From positions 1-55,779 of the forward strand of contig RHPI01003798.1 of the NCBI GenBank assembly GCA_009103225.1: DNA of 55,779 nt, in the 5' to 3' direction. Shown here piece after piece: positions 47,873-55,779 of this stretch. Numbering within the stretch: the first letter of the stretch is position 1; each line of letters starts with the position of its first letter. This DNA is from Chlorokybus atmophyticus (taxonomy: Eukaryota; Plantae; Mesostigma and Chlorokybus algae). The position numbers and the translations under genes were made by a program. The notes beneath the pieces are model-generated. The model had not been told where the DNA came from and searched no databases. It saw nothing but the letters and a program-made list of their open reading frames with translations.

Positions 47873-49770
47873 TCAACTAAGCGTGCCCACGCCTGCACCG
47901 GTCACATTGCCGCTCTGATCTAGATGGTACTGGCCATGTAAGGAGTGGAACGCGGAGTGCTGCGGGCCGGCCGTGTGAAACTGCCCCGATGAAGGATCTG
48001 GACCATGGTTTTCATGTGGCAACACGCTGTTGCTATCATGCAAAAAGGCCGGATACCCACCCATGACCCCGTCCAGCGGCACCATTGTGAGGGGCTGACC
48101 GACTTCATGCGCGCTCTGTTGCTCTCCATGAGTATGTCCAGAGTCCTGACCATCTGTCAAACCGCCTTGCGTATTGCCCGAGCTGCTCGTTTCCTCGCCT
48201 CGTTGAGCATTATCCTCAAGCGCTTGCTGCCGTGCGAGCTCTTCTTTCGCTTTCGTGGTCAAGAAGCGGCCTCCGCAGCCTCGGGCTCTCCTTAGCGCGT
48301 GTTGATGCCGGGATTCATGCAGGTAAGGCTGCACATGCACGCATGTTCATACACACACAGAGAGACACACACGTAGTATGCATACATACACCGCTTTCTA
48401 GCAATCTTCTCTGTTGGCAAGGGAGCATGGACTGTTACATGCATACAGGTGCTACCAAGCGAACCTGTTGGACTGTGCAAGTCATGTTGAAGCATACCTT
48501 TCGGGATTTTAGCAACTTGTTTTCTGCTTCAGCCTTTGCCCTCGATTGCCGTCTTCTGAGAATACCGTGATACTGCTTAGCATTTACATACACTGGTTCT
48601 TCTTCTATCAGTTCTGATGGGAGGGGCATTCGCGCCTGCTGCACAGCCAGCAGATGCGGTGCAACCTGTGCAATGCATGCGAGTTAACACCGCACATACC
48701 AAGCAAGTGTGAGACAACGTGGTATACCACAACCATCTGTACCATTGATGCTGGCTGCATAGGATAAGGGGTGCCATAAGCATAAGGGTCAAAACCAAAA
48801 GCAGCTCGGGGCTGACCTTGCGCAACCTGCAAAGCCGACAGCCAGCCTCAGTGGTGATTACTTGCCACTTATTGGGTCACTCTGCTGCAATGTTGCATAT
48901 GCAAGAAGAGGTGCATTACCAGCGAGGATCCCAATTCTAACTGAGTGTGCGGGAGGGCAGCTATGTACTCGGTTTGCGGGACGCCGGTTGCAACATTTTG
49001 CGCTTCATCCCCATTTTCCAAGGCTGGTGAACAAACATATGCTTCGCCTGGACAGAACATTCGCACAATCAGGTAAGCTCAACATTGCAGCGCGCAGCGC
49101 TTAACCGCTTTCAATACCCATGCTATGCACTTCATGATAATGTTAAAACTCAACGTATGCGCGTCTACCAGAAGCATGGCAAGTCAGGCCGTATTTCAAG
49201 CACGGAACTGTCGACTGCTGGCAGATGTACATACAGGGATGTTCGTACATTACTTGATAAGAGAACCTCGTGCTAGATCTTGAGCACTACTGTTGCTAGT
49301 ACATCAACACGCTTACCAGTGCGCGGCCGATAGAGTGCAGTTGAGGGTAGTCCCTGGGCTGTGCTTAGTGCTACGGGTGTGCCGATGGGCGTGCCGGTGG
49401 CAGGGACGGCTGTGTGCGTGGGCACAGCTGGCGCCGTGCCGAGGGAGGTGGAGGAGCTGGGCTCACTGCCGCCGGCCTGGTGGACAACGGGGGCGGGGAC
49501 GGCCGTCACGGGCTGGCCCAAGCTGGGCTGGCCGTCAGCTGTGCCGCCGGCGGTGTACAGCGCCAAACCCTGGTGGTAGCCGCCGGGCACCCCCACTCCG
49601 ACCTGGGCGGCGACACCCTGAACTATGCCTGGGCCTGGAGTCCCTACTGCTTGTCCTGCTGCTAATGCCCCTCCTGCTCCTTCCCCACCACCACCTCCAC
49701 CAGGGCTGCTGCTCCCCGCAGGCACCCCGACCTCGACACCGCTCCCGCCGGCGCTGTCGCCCTCCTGCAT
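47873..49770 (-). CDS. NFYA: Nuclear factor Y subunit A (CCAAT-binding, HAP2-like), multi-exon
   Basis: [36 protein letters not shown]|[22 protein letters not shown], upstream plant-type PHTQLELG and ARMPLP motifs, and a Gly/Ala-rich first exon 49770-49317 that splices in phase. Confidence 0.93.
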
Positions 49771-52170
49771 GTCGCCGCCCCCCAAACCCTAAGGCCCAGA
49801 CCAGAACACCACACACCTACACAGACACTTTCCACACACACAGACGCACACAGAGAGATCCCCTCTCTCTTGCTAGCTCCGCCCTCCTCCGCCGCCCCTC
49901 ATAGCAGGTGCAGCTAGCTCCAGCCTCCGGTCCAGTAGCTCATTCTCCTCCAGACAAGATCCCACACCTGGCGTCTGCCGCCGCCTCCCCAACCCAAGGC
50001 TCCACACCACAGTTTTTGCCAACAACGGCGGTGGCGGCGGCGGCGGCGGCGACGACGACAGAGACCTAGTCCACCCTAAACTGCCAGCTGGCAGCACCCA
50101 GCCATACCCCTCAGCTATGCGTTCCATTGACTTGAAAGCAGCATAAATCCGCCCATTTTCTACCCTATCCGCATTCTCCATAAAATGGAAATACATGACA
50201 GTTGCACTACCATTGCAGCGTGCAATCGCGCGAAGTGCTTAGACTCGTGTTTCCATGTGCATTGTTAGTTAGCGTTTAGGTTGTCGGAGAGTGTGAAACG
50301 CGGTTCAGCCGCGGGCTCTGGATTGTCCGGCAGGTTTGGCAATGACTTTCAAGGTGGTGCCTGGCGATCTTGTCGTTGTAACCGGTGCAGGGAAGCATGA
50401 AACCGGCGAATGTTGGTTAAGCGCCGTGCTCCGCGAGGTGCAATCTATCTCACGAATGCGATTGGACAGCAAACTGAGCCAATGGCTGGCTTACATGTAT
50501 TGCCTGCCTCCGGGCACGCGCTTTGCATGTGTCAGCGAAAGAGTGCTGTCAGAAGGTTGGCAGCAATTTGGCAAGGAACAGTGTTCACGGCATTTCCTCC
50601 CGGTTTCGCCAGTGGTATCGCCAGGTTGCACCGGTGGGATCGTGTAAGCGATTTGGTGACAACCCTGCTATTTGCGTGACGCCTACGTGACGCTTGCATG
50701 ATAAACACGTGACGCATGCGCGTATGCATGTAGTGTAGACGCAATACATGTAGTATTGCATGTCCACTACATGTGTATGACGCACAAATAAGTCAAAACG
50801 AGCGGTGAGGCTGATTGGGCGGGGCGGCCGGCATTAGGGCACACGCAAACCTCACCCCAAGGGCATCACATGCGGCACCCGCGACTGCCGGGCTGCGCGG
50901 CCCGCATGCCGCTCAATGGCTAGGCGGCGTTTATCATCTAACAGCCGTTCGATCTGTTTACGATATAGATCTCGACCGTCCAAAGCACATCCCCACTTTA
51001 TGCAACCGCTTAAAATATATGCAAATAAATATCAATAAAAGCACAATGTGCACGATGCACATGCCGGCATATTGTTGCATATGGCCCATATGATTTGAGA
51101 TGTAACACACTTATTTAAGGTGGCAAAACAATATCTTTGATGTGTTGCAATATGATGCACATGTGTTGCGATGTAAAGCACATATGGTGCATTATGGTGC
51201 AATATGGTTAGCAACCTGCCGTTAAGTGTTACAAAACTTTATTATTCAACGTAACATTTACGCCACGGTACGTGCTAAGATGCTCAGTAGGTAATGCCAA
51301 GGTTACAATCATTAAAATGATGCTAACCTAAATTACCTTAACGTTAAGATTCAACTAAACGAAAAATTGCATCAATAGGCCACCATTTGGTCACGCATGA
51401 GATTGATCAAATGGGATCGCAACGGTGACAACAGCCGTTGCTGAAAAAGGCAGCGTAATGGCCAATCATTGCAGAGATGCGTAAAAGATGCTGAAAACTA
51501 TCTCAGCGGCAACTGCTTACCCACGGCGACCTAAAATCGTTAGGGATTCGGTGCATTTGCAGCACAGTTGGTGGTTAGAACGGCCGCGTTTTTGGCGGTA
51601 CGAGGTCGGGGCAGGCCCCATACCCCAAAGACATGCCGCCACTACTCACCCTCGTTCAAACTGATCCACTCTACCATTTCACGCTAATTGATTACACGCT
51701 ATAATTACTGCGTCATCAAACATGGTCAACAGCCGAATAAGAGGTTTTGCACTTTAACACATCTCAAGGTCATAGAAATTGCATCACTATGTATATGTAG
51801 TAGCACTTTAACAGCATAAGGTTATAGACATTGAAATTACTGTAAATATGTAGTAAAATACTTGCAAATAGTGTGTGTATCATATTGTCGTTAGGCTTCG
51901 CTAAATTTCGCCAGCATTCGTCAGTTGCATAGCAAAAAATGCACCATTCGCCAAGGCCTTAAATATTGCACCGCGAACACTGCCAGGGAAGTCAGGGGCT
52001 AGTCCGCTGAGGAATTTCTTGATATTAATTTTGATTTACAAATACTAAGTACCGTATTAACTCGAACACAGCCCCCCCTTCAAATACCCCCTCCCCCCCC
52101 TATCTGAGACGCATTGAGCTTTCAAAAATACATCCATTGGCATGCGAGGGGGGAGGGTCTCAAAATTGAA

Positions 52171-52341
52171 NNNNNNNNNNNNNNNNNNNNNNNNNNNNNN
52201 NNNNNNNNNNNNNNNNNNNNNNNNNNNNNNNNNNNNNNNNNNNNNNNNNNNNNNNNNNNNNNNNNNNNNNNNNNNNNNNNNNNNNNNNNNNNNNNNNNNN
52301 NNNNNNNNNNNNNNNNNNNNNNNNNNNNNNNNNNNNNNNNN
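52171..52341. other. Assembly gap (N run)
   Basis: Run of about 171 n characters. Confidence 0.99.
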
Positions 52342-53364
52342 GCTCCGTACGAGGAAATGTAGTAGGGCCATCTATATAAGGCGCATCCTTCTCATCGTCA
52401 AATCTCATTGCAACTTTCAAGCAGGCGGTCTTCACAATTGGTCACCAAGCTGCTATAAACATTGCTGCCTTGCAATTTGTCTAATGGCATTCGTGGCCGA
52501 ATGCCACCTTAATTGCATCAAGTGCTCGACCTTTTAAGTCTACCAGTGCTGCAAATACACAAATTCGTTTACAAAACACAACCACGTAGTCCAAAACTTG
52601 ATATGTAGCTCACTTACTAGCACGGCCCTCCCCGAAGTATAAATGAAAGCGCTTGTACACCTTGCACTTTGGTTCTTTCCTGAATGGCTTCATAATGGCA
52701 AGCAAATGGCATGAGGCTGTGTTAGCGTTTTTATATTATATTTTGCAAAACGCATTGGTTTTACATGCGGTGCACGTGTGCAACGACCACTCGACGCATC
52801 CGACTTGCTTATTCTTCCCTTTCATTAACCTTAGTTAAAATTGCCATAACACATTATTATGGCATGGTAAGGCAAATCCTGCAGAAGGCAACTAGCTTTA
52901 TACTATTTCTGCAATCGCTTATTATCATCACAAACATACAAACAGATATACCTTACCTCAGTTCCCAACTCGCGGACTATGGGCTTTATTATTGAAAAGG
53001 TTGTTGCATTAGTAAACCGTATTAAATATATTGTGGACGATTGAACTCGACTGTTCACATAAGTTATAATGCCATTGATGTGCAGACTTGCTGCATCACT
53101 CGGCCCCTCATATATGTAAACTCCGTCAGGACTTGTGCATCGTTCCTAAAGTATGCCAAGCTCATGACAGCGTATTGTGAGGAGGCGCTCAATAAATACC
53201 CTATAAATTTTATTGACTCCGAGACATCGCAATATGTTTTCCCTGTCGGCCGACTAAATATTGGCAACGGCCGTGCACCTGAGGACGCTAATTTAGACTG
53301 TCGTGGCTCAGGCTTCCTGTAATCTTGATACAGGGACCTAATAGTAACTTTCGTTACTGTAAGG

Positions 53365-53629
53365 CCCTTTTTGTTACAATTTAGTCTTTAACAGTTGACT
53401 ATGCCTAACTAACAGGCGCCTGATAGTTACCTATTAGTCCTTAACAGGTGACTTTATATAATTAACAGGCACCTGTTAGTCACACACCAGGCCTTAACAA
53501 ATGACTTTGTGTAATTTACAGGCAACTGTTAGTTACACATCAGGCCTTATTAGGTGACTACAACCAATCAACGGGCACCTGTAAGTTACACATCAGTCTT
53601 ACTTGGGTGACTCAGCCTATGTGACAGGC
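53365..53629 (-). repeat. 53-bp tandem array of the right copy, 5 units
   Basis: 265 bp equals 5 x 53, with the same consensus as 4711-5028. Confidence 0.85.
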
Positions 53630-54045
53630 ACCTGCAGGTTACACACCACTCCAGCGCAGGCGACTAAGCCTATTTCACAAGCACCAACTAGGTAATTATC
53701 GACAAAATAAGGCATTCTTTAACAACTGAAGGTGACCAATGCCTAACTGTCGTCATATGTATTTACATAGCTTGACTACACGCGACTGTCATTGACTTCC
53801 AGCATTGTTATGTGCCTGTGCTGTGTACATGTACCTGGAATGTGTACAGTGTCTCTCAGTCACTTGCCAAGGCTTGTAGTTCGATTATGTGACTCGAATG
53901 CAGTTCTGTTGTATATCATAGGGATGCAAGTATTGATGTGCATGAGCATAATGACGATTGACTGAGCTGGTTTAAGATGCACAACACTCAGTCACAAGAG
54001 CCTTGTAGCTATGTACACTACCAGCTAAACGGACTACCAACTGCG

Positions 54046-55730
54046 CTACAGCTCCTCTCCATCATCGCTGGTCTCGTCATTACGGAACAAAGCACCACGC
54101 GCTGGGGCCTGTGGAGGAGACGCCGGAGCTTGCTCTTCCTCCTCAAACGGTTGTGCCAGCCAATCAAATGCCGCTTCTGCCTCAGCGAGCGGGTCATGAG
54201 CTGCTGTCTCTTGCGGCCGGCGCCGATTGAGATCTTTCAGGTATTCGACACAAAATGCAGTGCGGCGTTTCACAAGGGTGAATGGCTGGAGGGCTGCGTA
54301 CCGTTGCCTTATCTCCCGCTTCATTGACATGATCATGATGTTGATTTCGCTGAGGTACTCTTCATGTGTGTCTATGCTGGCAGCTAGGAGAGGGTCTCCA
54401 TCCTTGCCCTTTAGGATGCGCTCCACCTGCGTAGTTTACAGGCATGTCTTAGTGGCATCGAAAGCCACTATTCACTGCAACGCGTCTGCAAGCCTGTAGT
54501 TTGGGGCTACAGCATTCCTGAATTGCTAATGATGGCATTCAGAGTGCTCACCGTAAGCAACATGTATGCGAGGTGGTTGACTGTCAGCTGCCGGCGACCA
54601 GGTGTAGTGACGGCGTAAGACCAGCATTGCACGATCATTTGCCAGATTATGGGATTGCCCCATTCATGGATGTATCTCCTCCGCTCCGGGTCTGCAGTGT
54701 CGGTCACCTCAAATCTCCGCCATGACTTGTCTGCGACANTTCGTGACTAATGCCTTGTCGGTATGACTGTCGCAGACAAGTCATGGCGGAGATTTGAGGT
54801 GACCGACACTGCAGACCCGGAGCGGAGGAGATACATCCATGAATGGGGCAATCCCATAATCTGGCAAATGATCGTGCAATGCCCCATTCATGGATGTATC
54901 TCCTCCGCTCCGGGTCTGCAGTGTCGATCACCTCAAATCTCCGCCATGACTTGTCTGCGACAGTCATACCGACAAGGCATTAGTCACGAAATAGATAGTT
55001 CAAGTTGAGCCTGCACCAGGCTAGAATAGTGCCTGTGACTTACTTTGGAGCGCGTTGCGCATCTGGGCTTTTTGGGTCTCGGGGTCCATTAGGGCGTCGA
55101 TGTGCCTGATTGAATCGGTTACAATAGGCGAGATGAGTACGTGTGTATGGAGGCTGAGTAAGAAGGCAGTGTTGCATAGCAGACATGGTGGTGAGGGACC
55201 CAACTCACTTGCGCTTGTTGCTGTTAAACAGTGTCCACTTGTACTCCTTCTCAAGGACATGCTTGATCTTGGTGACGTTCTCAGACCGGACCTACGTAGC
55301 TTTCTTCAGGGCGACACTCCAGTGGAAGGGGCACTCCTTGGGAGTCCAGTACACCTCATAGAACTTGGCCGCATCGGCCTCGTCGTCATGGTCGAAGCCA
55401 ACTACCTGTCACGGGCAGGTTGGTCAGTGTCACGGTGCAGTGCGGTCATGAAGCATTCACAGCACCTGACACATGACGTTACGAATAGTGTCCTCCTTGG
55501 GATAAACGTGGCTCTCTACCCAGTGGCCGTTTATGATTTCAACGACGGCATCTCGCAAATGCTGTCCACAGAAGAACAATCCGTTACACACATACACACA
55601 GTGTCACAGTGTCGCACAGTGTTTACCTTGTTGCCAATCTTCCACTTGCTTGGGGAAGGGTTGCTGACGGCCGAGGTTGCCACGTCACGGCCAAATGCGT
55701 TTGGGTTGGGGGTTCCAATCGACCCTCTGC
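54046..55730 (-). pseudogene. Transposon accessory or C-terminal exons (right copy), disrupted
   Basis: Exons 55561-55478, 55405-55209 and the last exon 54426-54046 are homologous to the left copy. There is an in-frame TAG at 55294-55292 where the left copy has CAG, and a 1-nt deletion in the GCAACCCTTCCCC run. Confidence 0.7.
54625..54990. repeat. Local forward-inverted-forward triplication of the DKSWRRFEVTDTADPERRRYIHEWG exon
   Basis: Copy 1 ends at 54738, an n lies at 54739, the inverted copy spans 54740-54883 and copy 3 restarts at ~54881. The left element has only one copy (3565-3705). Confidence 0.8.
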
Positions 55731-55779
55731 AAGCACAACCACATGAGTCATGCTGCCAGCCATGAAAGATGCAACCCTC

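Larger units (their letters stand above)
53225..55779 (-). mobile_element. Second, inverted copy of the Plavaka-type element (3' part only; runs off the window)
   Basis: The reverse complement matches 2777-5160 throughout, including the exons, the 53-bp array and the terminal CGGCCG/ATATTGCGA segment. Confidence 0.9.

Noticed and set aside
50336-50647. ORF with GDLVVV (KOW/BAH-like)
   Set aside because: It has a non-ATG start, a single weak motif and no supporting exons.
55055-55765. 236-aa plus-strand ORF, and similar antisense ORFs such as 12624-13460, 15650-16225 and 21820-22761
   Set aside because: They are shadow frames antisense to, or overlapping, better-supported spliced genes or low-complexity introns.

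Overview
Intron-rich eukaryotic nuclear DNA, most likely from a green alga: plastid-targeted DVR/UPM1/PrmC genes, short GT-AG introns, TGTAA-type poly(A) signals and TTTAGGG-like telo-boxes. A ~45 kb gene-dense core carries a receiver-domain guanylate cyclase with a possible degenerate HPt-like N-terminus, a SAAL1-like ARM protein, divinyl-chlorophyllide reductase, uroporphyrinogen-III methyltransferase, HemK/PrmC, an F-box/WD40 protein, an EamA transporter, UVRAG/Vps38, an unknown plastid-type repeat protein, nicastrin and NF-YA. The core is flanked by two inverted, independently decayed copies of a Plavaka-type (CACTA/EnSpm-related) DNA transposon, at ~0.5-5.16 kb (+) and 53.2 kb to the window end (-). 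The element has spliced exons, a possible chromodomain-like exon, 53-bp subterminal arrays and palindromic sites at its left side. The most novel but weakest lead is a convergent decayed reading frame next to the left copy whose HxD...H spacing resembles TET/JBP dioxygenases, a cargo known to be linked with Plavaka elements in fungi. All gene models and family calls were made by eye without database searches, and exon boundaries are approximate. No rRNA, tRNA or CRISPR array was recognised.
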